A DNA stretch of 64,000 bases from an uncultured Gammaproteobacteria bacterium (GCA_964645605.1 CAZYCE010000004.1:3934-67933); one strand, 5' to 3'; shown: positions 27,443-37,532, counted from the stretch's first letter. Numbers and translations are program-made. Notes: generated by a model from the sequence alone, not told the origin.

Positions 27443-29596
27443 TTGCAACAGGAGTATAGCTATTTGCCAAAAAGATGCAAAGGGTCAGTCCGTACATGTG
27501 CTACAATTTGTATTGTGAAATCACTTCAAAAAACAATCCAGATATTATTCGGCGTTTTATTGTTTCTTGTTCCTTTAGTTTTATGGCCTTTTACTTCTGA
27601 GCTTTTTGAGTTCAATAAAATGATTCTTGTTTATCTGATTACAGTAGCCATCGTTTTTGTTTGGGGTGCCAGAATGATATACGAGAAAAAATTTATCTTT
27701 CGTCGCACAATACTAGATATCCCGTTCATAGTCTTTCTGGGATCCCAGCTAATTTCTACTCTGCTTTCGATCGATCCTCTAACTTCCTGGCTCGGATATT
27801 ATTCCAGATTCAATGGCGGACTTCTCTCATCAATCTGCTACATACTTCTATATTGGGCTTTTGTATCAAACATCGACCGGAGAGGGGTTATAAAGCTTAT
27901 CAAAACAACTTTAGTTTCTGCCGTAATTGTTTCTATCTACGGAGTTTTGGAACGTCTCGGAATTGATAAAAATATTTGGCAACAGGATGTTCAGCACAGG
28001 GTCTTCTCTACTCTTGGGCAACCAAATTGGCTTTCCGCCTGGCTGGTAGCCCTAATTCCCTTATCCTGGGCATTTATGCCTAAAGGAGACGAAAAAATTA
28101 CCAAACAAAATGCTTTTGGTTATATTCTTCCCTATTTTTTAAGCTTTCTTTTCTTTACCACCATCCTTTTTACGGGCTCACGTTCAGGACTCCTTGGCTT
28201 TGCGGTAGCTGATCTTTGTTTCTGGGCAATGGCATTTTGGAAATATAAAAGTAGGTCGCTTAAACCTTTCCTTATATCCAATTCCCTTGCCGTTGTGGCA
28301 ATCTTACTTTTTGGCACCCAATGGATAGGAAGTTTGATTGCCGGCAACCAGATACCTATTATTTCCAAGCTATTCACTAAATCCCAAACAACAAATGCCA
28401 TAGCTACTCAAGCCGGTGGTACGGCTTTGGAAAACGGCGGTACGGAGTCGGGAGAAATCCGTAAAATTGTCTGGCAAGGGGCTATCGATATCTGGAAAAA
28501 CTACCCGATTTTTGGAACTGGTGTGGAAACTTTTGCATATTCTTACTACCTCTTTCGTCCCGCTGCCCACAATATGACTTCCGAGTGGGATTTCATTTAC
28601 AACAAAGCTCATAATGAATATCTTAATTTCATGGCTAATACCGGAACTTTCGGGATACTAGCCTATCTTGCCATGATTGGTTTTGCGCTTTATTTAATGG
28701 TTAGGGGTTTTTGGATCGACTCCGGCAAATCAGAAAATGGCCACACCCTAATTTCCGCCGCATTTATTTCGGGATACCTGTCAATTCTGGTTACAAACTA
28801 TTTTGGATTTTCGGTTGTGCCAATACAAATTCTTTTCTTTCTCTATCCTGCCTTTTCAAACACTCTCGACAGGGAAAACCTCACCACAGATCAACAGAAG
28901 GTAAGGCTTAACGGCCACCAAAAGTTTGGCATAATCACACTTTTATCCTTTAGTATCTTTCTTCTTTTTACGATCTGCCGATATTGGTATGCGGACGTCC
29001 TTTATGCAAGTGGATTAAATTACAACAGAGCAAATAGGCAGGATCTGGCATTACCGTATTTGGAGAAAGCAACAAAACTTGAACCGAAACAGCCGCTGTT
29101 TTATTCAGAAATTTCGAGATCATACACAGCCCTCGCCCTTGCTTACTCGGAGGCAAATCAGGCAACCGTCTCCGCACAACTAGCCGAATTGGCTATTAAT
29201 AATTCCATCAAATCCGTTGATCTTTCTCCCGCCAACGTAAATTTTAAAAGAGTTGAATTTGGGGTTTTCATAATGCTCGCCTCAACTGACCCCAATTATC
29301 TTTTAGATGCAAGAGACGTGCTAATTACAGCAATTAAGCAGGCCCCAACCGACGCGAAAATATTTTACAATCTAGGTCTTACCTATATCCGGCTTGGACA
29401 AAACGATCTAGCCATGGAAACACTTAAAAAAACAGTTGACCTTAAACCAAACTACGCGGATGCCCGGCTCGCCTATGCAGCTCTTTTAGCTAATGAGGGG
29501 GAAGCCTCCTCTGCGCGTGAACAGGCTGAATATGTCCTTAAGTATATAGACCCCAAAAACCCCCAAGCAAAACAGTTTTTGGAAAATTCCAACTAG
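27443..29596 (+). CDS. O-antigen ligase (Wzy_C)-domain polytopic membrane protein with C-terminal TPR repeats
   Basis: At least 10 TM helices; GSRSGLLG ligase-like loop; periplasmic loop; C-terminal TPR-like helices (ALPYLEKATKLEP..., YNLGLTYIRLGQNDLA...). Confidence 0.7.
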   Translation: MQQEYSYLPKRCKGSVRTCATICIVKSLQKTIQILFGVLLFLVPLVLWPFTSELFEFNKMILVYLITVAIVFVWGARMIYEKKFIFRRTILDIPFIVFLGSQLISTLLSIDPLTSWLGYYSRFNGGLLSSICYILLYWAFVSNIDRRGVIKLIKTTLVSAVIVSIYGVLERLGIDKNIWQQDVQHRVFSTLGQPNWLSAWLVALIPLSWAFMPKGDEKITKQNAFGYILPYFLSFLFFTTILFTGSRSGLLGFAVADLCFWAMAFWKYKSRSLKPFLISNSLAVVAILLFGTQWIGSLIAGNQIPIISKLFTKSQTTNAIATQAGGTALENGGTESGEIRKIVWQGAIDIWKNYPIFGTGVETFAYSYYLFRPAAHNMTSEWDFIYNKAHNEYLNFMANTGTFGILAYLAMIGFALYLMVRGFWIDSGKSENGHTLISAAFISGYLSILVTNYFGFSVVPIQILFFLYPAFSNTLDRENLTTDQQKVRLNGHQKFGIITLLSFSIFLLFTICRYWYADVLYASGLNYNRANRQDLALPYLEKATKLEPKQPLFYSEISRSYTALALAYSEANQATVSAQLAELAINNSIKSVDLSPANVNFKRVEFGVFIMLASTDPNYLLDARDVLITAIKQAPTDAKIFYNLGLTYIRLGQNDLAMETLKKTVDLKPNYADARLAYAALLANEGEASSAREQAEYVLKYIDPKNPQAKQFLENSN

Positions 29597-29621
29597 CCCG
29601 ATTTTTTGGTATAATCTGAGC

Positions 29622-30155
29622 ATGATTAGAAAAATCCTGCTTTCAAGCGATCCGGTTTTAAGAAAAAAATCCAAGCCTGTAATCAATGTAGACAAAAAGG
29701 TCAAAGAATTAATAAAGGATTTAAAAGATACTTTAAGTACTCAAAAAGACCCTGAGGGCGTTGGGCTTGCAGCTCCCCAGATAGGTAAAAACTTGAGAGT
29801 TTTTGTGGCCAAGTACGGCAAATTTGAAAGAGTTGTCATTAACCCTGAAATTATTGAAATAGTAAAAATAACCAAAAGCGGAGCAAAAAAAACCGGTAAA
29901 AAAGAAATTCTTGAAGGCTGTTTGTCCCTTCCCTATTATTACGGCCCTTTAAAAAGGGCCGCAAAAATCACAATTAAATATCTGGATGAGACAGGAAAAA
30001 CCCAAATAGAGACTTTTGAAGGATTCTACGCTCAAATAATCATGCATGAGATAGACCATCTTGAAGGAATTCTTTTTATAGACCATCTGATAGGCGAGAG
30101 GCAACCTCTTTACAAAATCAAGGGGGATGAATGGGAGGAAGTAGAGCTGGCATAA
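29622..30155 (+). CDS. def: peptide deformylase
   Basis: GVGLAAPQIG, EGCLS, HEIDHLEG metal-binding motifs. Confidence 0.9.
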   Translation: MIRKILLSSDPVLRKKSKPVINVDKKVKELIKDLKDTLSTQKDPEGVGLAAPQIGKNLRVFVAKYGKFERVVINPEIIEIVKITKSGAKKTGKKEILEGCLSLPYYYGPLKRAAKITIKYLDETGKTQIETFEGFYAQIIMHEIDHLEGILFIDHLIGERQPLYKIKGDEWEEVELA

Positions 30156-30200
30156 GCTAGCGGCATCCCGAGACTGTAAATCGAGGGACTATATAATTAT

Positions 30201-31082
30201 ATGAAAATAGTTTTTTTTGGCACACCGGAATATGTTTTACCAGTCCTGACTGCAGTTCATAGAAAATTTGTAACAGGTCCCGGAAAATCCCCTATTGCTG
30301 CTGTCGTTACCCAACCGCCAAGACCCATAGGAAGAAAACAGATTCCTTCATTTTCACCCATCGACAGGTGGGCACATAAGCACAAAATTCCGATCTACTA
30401 TTCTGCAGATGATCTAATCGAAAATCCGCCCGACGCTACTATTGGGATACTCGCCTCATATGGTGAAATTATCAGAAAAGACGTCATCAACCTTTTCCCC
30501 CAGGGAATATTAGTAATTCACCCGTCACTCCTGCCTAAATATAGAGGCGCATCCCCGGTTCCCGCCGCAATCGCAAGCGGAGAAACTGAAACGGGTGTTT
30601 CGATAATCAAAATGGACGAAAAAATGGATCACGGACCGATTATTTGCCAAGCAAAAGAAGAAATTTTGCCAGATGACACAGCCGAAACTTTAAGAAACCG
30701 TCTTTTTGAAAAATCGGCCGGAATGTTGCTGGAGATGTTGCCTGCCTATATTCAGGGAAAAATTCACCTGAAAAAACAAGATGACGAAAAAGCCACATTT
30801 ACCAAATTAATGAAACGGGAAGACGGAAAAATTGACATCAAAGGAAAGAGTCCCGTAGAAACGGAACGATTTATCAGAGCCATGACCCCATGGCCGGGCG
30901 CTTGGACTCTGGTCAAATTAAACCCAACTGATACAGCCAAAAAAAGAATTAAGCTCATTAAATCACACATTGAGGATGAAAAGTTAGTTTTGGACGAAGT
31001 CCAGCTTGAAGGCAAAGAGCCTGTTTCCTGGAAACAATTTAAAGAAGGTTATAAAGATGCGACTTTCGCAACGGAAGCTTGA
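30201..31082 (+). CDS. fmt: methionyl-tRNA formyltransferase
   Basis: N-terminal formyltransferase fold (IVFFGTPE..., HPSLLPKYRG); follows def. Confidence 0.9.
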   Translation: MKIVFFGTPEYVLPVLTAVHRKFVTGPGKSPIAAVVTQPPRPIGRKQIPSFSPIDRWAHKHKIPIYYSADDLIENPPDATIGILASYGEIIRKDVINLFPQGILVIHPSLLPKYRGASPVPAAIASGETETGVSIIKMDEKMDHGPIICQAKEEILPDDTAETLRNRLFEKSAGMLLEMLPAYIQGKIHLKKQDDEKATFTKLMKREDGKIDIKGKSPVETERFIRAMTPWPGAWTLVKLNPTDTAKKRIKLIKSHIEDEKLVLDEVQLEGKEPVSWKQFKEGYKDATFATEA

Positions 31083-31312
31083 GGTTTTTTAATCTTCCCC
31101 AATTTTCTGAATCTTGAAATGCAACTTGCACAAAGCCTCATTTGCACACTTTTACCATTAACCATAACGGCAATCTTTTGAAGATTAGGTTTAAATAAAC
31201 GCGGAGTTTTTTGAGCCCTTTTTTTCCAACGCTTACCGGCAACACCTCTGTGGTGCGTGCTTTGACGTCCGTGTACAATCCCTTTTCCGCAATTATCACA
31301 AATATATGCCAT
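31049..31312 (-). CDS. rpmB: 50S ribosomal protein L28
   Basis: MAYICDNCGKG...PNLQK...CASC pattern of L28. Confidence 0.8.
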   Translation of the reverse strand: MAYICDNCGKGIVHGRQSTHHRGVAGKRWKKRAQKTPRLFKPNLQKIAVMVNGKSVQMRLCASCISRFRKLGKIKKPQASVAKVASL

Positions 31313-31363
31313 ATTTTTATTTTTAGCTTGCGTAGATTATACTATTAACTACTTTAAACCGCA

Positions 31364-32014
31364 ATGGATGTATTAATTTTTTTTATCGGTGTTTTAGGAT
31401 TTGTTTTTGCAATTATAATTCACGAGGTTGCACACGGACTTGTGGCTGAGCGCCTTGGAGACCCAACTGCAAGACTTAAGGGCAGGCTCACACTAAACCC
31501 AATTCCACATATAGACATTTTGGGAAGTATTATTTTGCCTTTAACATTATTTTTGTTCCGTTCGCCTTTTCTTTTTGGCTGGGCAAAGCCCGTCCCGATT
31601 GATCCTTATAACCTTCAACATCCAAAAAAGGATTTGGCCGTAATTTCTCTTGCAGGGCCTGCCGCAAATATACTTTTAGCTATTATTCTATCCATGTTTT
31701 TAAGAATTATTCTATTAATATTCCCAAACACTGGAATATTTACAATGTTTTTTTACGTTATAGGATTTAATGTGGTGCTGGCGGTATTTAATCTTATTCC
31801 CATTGGACCTCTTGACGGGGCGAAAGTTCTTGCGGGAGTATTGTCGGATAAAAGCGCGAGGGCTTTTAATTCATTTCTAAATACGTTTGGCATGATACTA
31901 ATTTTGGCCTTTATATTCCCTATTTTCGGAGGAAACTCCTTGGCTACCATAATCATTAGTCCGATAATTTCATTTTTACTAAAACTCCTGATACCTGGTT
32001 TTAACACAATCTAG
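31364..32014 (+). CDS. M50-family site-2 protease (SpoIVFB-like), multi-TM
   Basis: HEVAHG zinc motif in TM1; LDG motif later (GPLDGAKV). Confidence 0.75.
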   Translation: MDVLIFFIGVLGFVFAIIIHEVAHGLVAERLGDPTARLKGRLTLNPIPHIDILGSIILPLTLFLFRSPFLFGWAKPVPIDPYNLQHPKKDLAVISLAGPAANILLAIILSMFLRIILLIFPNTGIFTMFFYVIGFNVVLAVFNLIPIGPLDGAKVLAGVLSDKSARAFNSFLNTFGMILILAFIFPIFGGNSLATIIISPIISFLLKLLIPGFNTI

Positions 32015-32059
32015 GCGTTTTTGTGATTGACGTTTTATGGTATTATTAAACTGACCCTG

Positions 32060-32215
32060 TCGATAGAAGACCGGTCTAAATTTCCTGATCAAATTAATTT
32101 GCATCGGGAAGGCGGAGTCCGACTGAGGCCTTTGTGCCAAGGGAGGCAGCCCACCCACCTGGGTCATCCAGGAATGCAACCGGACTTTTTGAGGCAGGGT
32201 CCTTTTTTATTCAAA
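32060..32215. ncRNA. candidate structured ncRNA of unknown family: GC-rich island with several local hairpins in a noncoding gap
   Basis: GC content well above flanks; hairpins CCUGG-GUCAU-CCAGG, UGCC-AAGGGA-GGCA, AGUCCG/CGGACU pairing; only short conflicting ORFs; strand undetermined. Confidence 0.3.
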
Positions 32216-32321
32216 ACTTCAAAAATCGTGTGAAGTGTCATTAAAGCAGATATTGAGATTGGGATCCGTAGTGCATAACCTTTAGGCACCGAATCGTGAG
32301 TAAGGCACGAGTTATATCAAG

Positions 32322-32406
32322 TGCTGAGGTCAGGATTCGAACCTGAGTAGCCCTTTCGGACGCGAGATTTACAGTCTCGTACGTTTGACCGCTCCGTCAC
32401 CTCAGC
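32322..32406 (-). tRNA. tRNA-Tyr (anticodon GTA), long variable arm, no encoded CCA
   Basis: Manual cloverleaf: acceptor GCUGAGG/CCUCAGC; anticodon loop CUGUAAA; T-loop UUCGAAU; close to E. coli tRNA-Tyr. Confidence 0.85.
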
Positions 32407-32660
32407 AAAATTAATTTCTAAAATACCCTATCTTTCTCCAAAGTCTACCATTTTCTTTATTCAAATTTCTAAAATTTGCACTTAGAGAATGACAATTCGG
32501 ACAAACTAATCTTAAATTGATCCCCTTATTATTCTTGGAATTGCCATCTATATAGTCAAAGCATCTTTTATCAGACTAGCACTTACTAGAACAATAGTTA
32601 TTAGAACTTCTTTTATTTTTCTTGCCACACAATAGACAATAACGACTTTTATATATTTTG

Positions 32661-32732
32661 AGCCGAGGAGAGGATTCGAACCCCCAACCTTCGCTTTACA
32701 AAAGCGCTGCTCAACCGTTGAGCTACCCCGGC
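32661..32732 (-). tRNA. tRNA-Thr (anticodon TGT)
   Basis: Manual cloverleaf: acceptor GCCGGGG/CCUCGGC (one G-U); anticodon loop UUUGUAA; T-loop UUCGAAU; architecture matches E. coli tRNA-Thr. Confidence 0.8.
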
Positions 32733-32778
32733 AAGCACCCTGTATTATATCTTATTTCGAGCGTATAATTCCATTGAA

Positions 32779-33840
32779 ATGAAAACCTCACTGTTCGACT
32801 ACTCTCTTTCTAACTTACTCATTGCCAACTCCCCCGCAAGCCCCCGGGATCATTCCCGTCTTATGATAATTAACCGAAAAAACGGCAAGATTGAAAATCA
32901 TATTTTTTATGAAATCGAAGAATATCTGGAATCGGGTGATGTTTTAGTCCTTAATAAAACAAAGGTTTTTCCGGCCAGGATAATCGGCAAAAAGGAAACG
33001 GGAGGAAAAGTGGAAATCTTGCTTCACAAAAATATTGATAAATACACATGGGAAGCTTTGACCAAACCGGGTTTGAAGACTGGCCAAAAAGTAATAATGC
33101 AAGGGCTGTCCCTGAGTGTAATCGAAAGAGACGGTAAAGTTTCAATTATCAGGTTCAATATTGGGAAAGATACATTAATCAAGAAGTTGCAAAAGGCTGG
33201 TATTACACCGCTTCCACCCTACATCCATTCATCTGATTCGGAAAAAAACTTGAGGCGCAAATATCAGACAGTTTATGCCGAACGGGTCGGCTCTGTAGCG
33301 GCTCCTACGGCGGGATTCCATTTTACAAAATCTCTACTAAACAAATTAAAGGCCAAGGGCGTTCAGATTGAATACATAACCCTTCATGTCGGTATGGGAA
33401 CTTTTGCACCTGTTAAAGCCAAAAACATTGAAGACCATCCTATGCACTTCGAGGAATATTTTATTGAAAAAAATACGGCAAAAAGATTAAATAAAGCCAA
33501 AGCTGACGGAAAAAGAATAATTTCAGTCGGAACCACGTCGGCACGTACCCTCGAATCGATCTCAAATAACAAAGGGTTGCTTAACCTCAAAAAAATTCAT
33601 GGGTCAACAAATATTTTTATTTACCCAGGATACAAATTTCAATCCATCGATGGATTGATAACTAATTTTCATCTGCCCAAATCTACTCTACTGGCCATGG
33701 TTTCGGCATTTGTGAGCCACCCGAATACGAACAAAAAATTCAAAAGTTTTAAATTGTCTTTAATGGGAAAGGCATACAGCGAAGCTATAAAGGAAAATTA
33801 TCGTTTTTATTCTTTCGGAGACGCGTGCTTTATCGTGTAA
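32779..33840 (+). CDS. queA: S-adenosylmethionine:tRNA ribosyltransferase-isomerase
   Basis: LFDYSLSNLLIANSPASPRDHSRLM N-terminus; VGTTSARTLES; 353 aa. Confidence 0.9.
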   Translation: MKTSLFDYSLSNLLIANSPASPRDHSRLMIINRKNGKIENHIFYEIEEYLESGDVLVLNKTKVFPARIIGKKETGGKVEILLHKNIDKYTWEALTKPGLKTGQKVIMQGLSLSVIERDGKVSIIRFNIGKDTLIKKLQKAGITPLPPYIHSSDSEKNLRRKYQTVYAERVGSVAAPTAGFHFTKSLLNKLKAKGVQIEYITLHVGMGTFAPVKAKNIEDHPMHFEEYFIEKNTAKRLNKAKADGKRIISVGTTSARTLESISNNKGLLNLKKIHGSTNIFIYPGYKFQSIDGLITNFHLPKSTLLAMVSAFVSHPNTNKKFKSFKLSLMGKAYSEAIKENYRFYSFGDACFIV

Positions 33841-33873
33841 ACGTAAATACATATCTGATATAATTAGCTTCGC

Positions 33874-33945
33874 GCCTGGGTAGCTCAGTGGTAGAGCACG
33901 TACTTGGTAAGTACGGGGTCGTGAGTTCAATCCTCACCTCAGGCT
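33874..33945 (+). tRNA. tRNA-Thr (anticodon GGT)
   Basis: Manual cloverleaf: acceptor GCCUGGG/CUCAGGC; D GCUC/GAGC; anticodon stem CGUAC/GUACG with loop UUGGUAA; T GUGAG-UUCAAUC-CUCAC. Confidence 0.85.
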
Positions 33946-33985
33946 CACTCTTTATCTTTTTTCCCTTTCATGGTAGAATGCTCGC

Positions 33986-34177
33986 ATGGCTAAAAAAGGT
34001 GCCCGGGAAATTGTTGCTTTAATATGTACTGCTTGTAAAAATCAGAATTACATTACCACCAGAAACAAGGTAAACATGGAGCTGAAGGATAAGAAAGGCT
34101 CCAAACTTGAACTTAAAAAATACTGCTCTCATTGCCGCAAAGTTCAAATCCACAAGGAGACCTCCAAATTGAAGTAA
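33986..34177 (+). CDS. rpmG: 50S ribosomal protein L33
   Basis: Two CxxC pairs (CTACKNQNY...CSHCRKV); Lys-rich; 63 aa. Confidence 0.85.
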   Translation: MAKKGAREIVALICTACKNQNYITTRNKVNMELKDKKGSKLELKKYCSHCRKVQIHKETSKLK

Positions 34178-34190
34178 TTAATCCCGGTTT

Positions 34191-34643
34191 TTAAGGTTCT
34201 GTAAGGACTATGCGTTCTACAACTGTGCGGATAAAGTTCATATTTTTTTCAACTTCAGAGTCAATTTTGTTTTCGAAGTACTCATCAAGATTAGAGCTTA
34301 AAAATGTGTACAGCTTTTCATCGGGCAATTTTTCCTCCTTAATCGAAAACGCATTGCAAATATTTTTTTTCAGGTCTTCAAACATTACGGTAGAGCCGCT
34401 TTGATAAAAAGAAACCACTCTATCCAAAACAATCACATCCAGGTGACTTCTGACATTCTGAGGTTTTTTAGACAAATCCTGAATATATTCCTTCTTTTCG
34501 TCTACTAAATTTGAAGCGTATTCTATTGCATTTCCAAAAATAGAATTTTTTTCCTCATCCGTCAGATCTTTGCCGGATAGGAATTTTTTACCGATTGATT
34601 CATAGTAAATTTTTGGCCTTGATTCAATCTCTATATTATTCAT
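34191..34643 (-). CDS. hypothetical protein
   Basis: 150-aa ORF; no motif recognised. Confidence 0.3.
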   Translation of the reverse strand: MNNIEIESRPKIYYESIGKKFLSGKDLTDEEKNSIFGNAIEYASNLVDEKKEYIQDLSKKPQNVRSHLDVIVLDRVVSFYQSGSTVMFEDLKKNICNAFSIKEEKLPDEKLYTFLSSNLDEYFENKIDSEVEKNMNFIRTVVERIVLTEP

Positions 34644-34655
34644 TGATTTGGCCCA

Positions 34656-34982
34656 TTGTATACCATCGAAGCATATTTCAAAAACATCCTCGCAAGGATT
34701 AAGGCTTATGTTTTTGATAAATTATCAATAAATTCTATCAGTAAAATAAAACTAAACCAGGAACTTTACAAACTCCTTTGTTCTTTCCTCTTCTGGATTG
34801 AAGGAGGAATATCAAATGATAGTTACGTCTATTTTACTAATTCAGGTCCAAAGATGGTGGCAACTTTTGTTAAACTTCTGAGGAGTTTCTATTACGAATT
34901 AGATGAAAAAAGTTTAGGGCAATGGTATCTATTCATGAATATTATATTGAAAAAGATGTCAAAAAAATTTGGTCACAAGTAA
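34656..34982 (+). CDS. hypothetical protein (weak)
   Basis: 108-aa ORF in a region with no competing frame; unusual composition. Confidence 0.2.
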   Translation: MYTIEAYFKNILARIKAYVFDKLSINSISKIKLNQELYKLLCSFLFWIEGGISNDSYVYFTNSGPKMVATFVKLLRSFYYELDEKSLGQWYLFMNIILKKMSKKFGHK

Positions 34983-35137
34983 CAAATTTACCCATTGCTC
35001 AATTTTCAAAAGGCTAAAAAACCTAACACCGGCAAAAGAATTCGGGACAACTATATGGGAACCATAAGGATAAGATATTATGATTATAAAATTGCCCTCG
35101 AGCTCCGTTCGCTTTATAATACCTTTGTTAGGATCGT

Positions 35138-35208
35138 AGGGCTGTAGGTAAGTGGTATACCAGGTGTCTCCAAAACATCTATCGGGGGTTCGATTCCCTC
35201 CAGCCCTG
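35138..35208 (+). tRNA. tRNA-Trp (anticodon CCA)
   Basis: Manual cloverleaf: acceptor AGGGCUG/CAGCCCU; anticodon stem GGUGU/ACAUC with loop CUCCAAA; T GGGGG-UUCGAUU-CCCUC. Confidence 0.85.
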
Positions 35209-35225
35209 CTAACTACGTATCAACC

Positions 35226-35879
35226 ATGAAAGATAACGCAAAAAATACCGGTCTATTGGTTGTTATAACAGGAGCTTCCGGGGCCGGGAAAGATGCCGTA
35301 ATGGACGGTATTTTTAAAGATCCGCAGGTAGCGGGATTAAATCTACAAAGGGTGGTCACCTGTGCCGACAGGAGTCCCCGACCCGGAGAGACAGACGGGG
35401 TCCAATACCATTTTGTCAACCGCAATAAATTAAGGGAAATGGCTAAAAACGGAGAGCTTGTTGAACCCATCACTCCTTTCGGAACTTCCAACAAAGCTAC
35501 CCCATCATTCGAAATAAAAAGGATGCTTAATGGGGAAAACCTTGTCTGGAGAATCGATCCTTCACGGGCAGCTGAAGTAGCTTCGCATAAATTCTTTCAA
35601 AAGAGTTTCCCGAAAAATTCCAAAATAATGGACTCGCATACAATTGTTTTAAATGTTATCGCTCCCAGAGAGGAAATTGTTCAAAGGCGGATGAAAAGGG
35701 ACAATCAAAATTACGACCCAAATGAATATGTCGTGCGCGACAATTGTGAGGCACCCTATCTTAAAATTCTTGAAGAATATGCCGTAAATATTGAGAATCT
35801 TAACGGACAACTAGATAAAGCTATTAAATCCGCCTCAGGTGCTATACTTCGATTCTATGGGAAAACCAAAAACGGTTAA
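35226..35879 (+). CDS. gmk: guanylate kinase-like protein
   Basis: P-loop ITGASGAGKD; RSPRPGETDGVQYHFV resembles the TTRxPRxGExDGxDYxF GMP-binding motif. Confidence 0.7.
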   Translation: MKDNAKNTGLLVVITGASGAGKDAVMDGIFKDPQVAGLNLQRVVTCADRSPRPGETDGVQYHFVNRNKLREMAKNGELVEPITPFGTSNKATPSFEIKRMLNGENLVWRIDPSRAAEVASHKFFQKSFPKNSKIMDSHTIVLNVIAPREEIVQRRMKRDNQNYDPNEYVVRDNCEAPYLKILEEYAVNIENLNGQLDKAIKSASGAILRFYGKTKNG

Positions 35880-36291
35880 CAAAGTTCTGGTTGGCGGTGT
35901 TTTTGACATTCTTCACTACGGACATGTGTACTTCCTAAAGAGTGCAAAGACTTTGGGAGACTACTTAATTGTAGCGATAGAATCCGATAAAAACGTCAAA
36001 AAACTTAAAGGTGAAAGCCGTCCAATCCATTCAGAAGAACAAAGGAAAGAAGTCCTTGAGTCATTAAAGTTTGTCGACGAAGTTATTATTTTGAAAGACA
36101 AAATGACCGACAAGGATTATTCCGATCTTGTTGCTAAAATCAACCCTGCGGTAATTGCGCTTACGGAAGGCGATCCGATTCTTGAAAAAAAGCGGCAACA
36201 GGCAAAAACGATCGGCGCAAAAGTAGTAAAAATACCAAAAACCAAAGTTTCTTCAACCAGCCGGATTGCCAAGATTTTGGAAATTGAGTAA
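35839..36291 (+). CDS. cytidylyltransferase-family nucleotidyltransferase (HxGH)
   Basis: GGVFDILHYGH motif of the CTP/ATP-transferase fold (TagD/RfaE-II/RibL-like); likely true start at MGKPKT near 35857. Confidence 0.7.
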   Translation: MLYFDSMGKPKTVNKVLVGGVFDILHYGHVYFLKSAKTLGDYLIVAIESDKNVKKLKGESRPIHSEEQRKEVLESLKFVDEVIILKDKMTDKDYSDLVAKINPAVIALTEGDPILEKKRQQAKTIGAKVVKIPKTKVSSTSRIAKILEIE

Positions 36292-36460
36292 GTCTTGCTG
36301 GAGTTAACCCTTTAAAGATTGATTAAGATTCTATAATTACAAAAAGGTTATCATGGATGGAGTTATAAAACATTTTGGCATCACTAGTAAAAAGAGTGGC
36401 TACACAAGAGAAGTGTATTGGGGTTAATAATTTACTAAAAATTAATATTTCACCTTCAGT

Positions 36461-37486
36461 TTACTTTAATCTTGCAATTTGGGCATCAACCATAAGGTGA
36501 ACCAATTCCTTGAATGTAGTTTTGGGAGTCCAACCAAGAATCTTTTTTGCTTTTGCAGGATTGGCAACTAAGGGCCCTGTTTCCGTGGGGCGGATAAATC
36601 TGTCATCAACTACAACATAATCTTTCCAATTAAGTCCGGCGTAGCTGTAAGATTCCTCACAAAGATCCTGAATTGTGTGAGTTTCACCTGTTCCGATTAC
36701 AAAATCGTCCGCTTTTTCCTGCTGTAACATAAGCCACATTGCCTCAACATAGTCCCCGGCAAATCCCCAATCACGTTTTGCCTGGAGATTTCCGAGAGCA
36801 ACTTTTCCATTTTTAACGATTGGTTCACCCTCTTCATTTAGGTGTTCGGAACTTTTAATTCCAAGCTTGGCACAGGCTGCTGCATAGGTAACTTTTTGAG
36901 TCACAAAGCCCAAATGTCTTCTCGGAGACTCATGATTAAAAAGAATTCCGTTTGCGGCGAACATATGGTAGCTTTCTCTGTAAATTTTGGTCATTGCGTG
37001 TGCATAAAGTTTTGAAGCGGCATAGGGGTTGGCTGGATTAAAAGGAGTGTCCTCATTTTGGGGAATTTCCCTCACCCATCCGAACATCTCGGAAGAACTG
37101 GCCTGGTAAAATTTTGCTTTAGGAACAACGTCAAGGGTCGCATCAAGAACCCTGTGGGCACCGATTGCCGTTATTTCTGCCGTATGAATCGGCTGCCTGA
37201 AGCTTTCTGCGGGATGAGATTGTGACGCCAAATTGTAAACCTCGTCGGGTTTAACCTTTTGCAATGCTTCCCTGATTGAAATCGGATCAAGTAAATCCGC
37301 CTGGATTAAATTTAACTCCTCCTGAATATGACCAATATTTTGGTAAGCCATGTTACTGGTCTTTCTGACCAGTCCCGCAACACTGTATCCTTTTTTAAGA
37401 AGAAATTCGGCCAGATAGCTTCCGTCCTGGCCAGTAATACCCGTGATTAGAGCTGTCTTTTTCGCCATTACAAGAAATAATAACAT
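36461..37486 (-). CDS. gmd: GDP-mannose 4,6-dehydratase
   Basis: ALITGITGQDGSYLAEFLL N-terminus; YAASK catalytic motif; true start MAKKTALITG near 37468. Confidence 0.9.
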   Translation of the reverse strand: MLLFLVMAKKTALITGITGQDGSYLAEFLLKKGYSVAGLVRKTSNMAYQNIGHIQEELNLIQADLLDPISIREALQKVKPDEVYNLASQSHPAESFRQPIHTAEITAIGAHRVLDATLDVVPKAKFYQASSSEMFGWVREIPQNEDTPFNPANPYAASKLYAHAMTKIYRESYHMFAANGILFNHESPRRHLGFVTQKVTYAAACAKLGIKSSEHLNEEGEPIVKNGKVALGNLQAKRDWGFAGDYVEAMWLMLQQEKADDFVIGTGETHTIQDLCEESYSYAGLNWKDYVVVDDRFIRPTETGPLVANPAKAKKILGWTPKTTFKELVHLMVDAQIARLK

Positions 37487-37532
37487 ATGTTAAAATTACA
37501 AGCTAGTACCAGGAAGGAAGGAGGCGATTTAT

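Noticed and set aside
28132-28612. Minus-strand ORFs 28132-28401 and 28370-28612
   Set aside because: Inside and antisense to the large O-antigen-ligase/TPR membrane-protein gene.
31979-32233. Overlapping ORFs 31979-32179 (-) and 32027-32233 (+)
   Set aside because: Mutually exclusive short ORFs over a GC-rich island whose GC content alone lengthens random ORFs; treated as a noncoding or ncRNA candidate instead.
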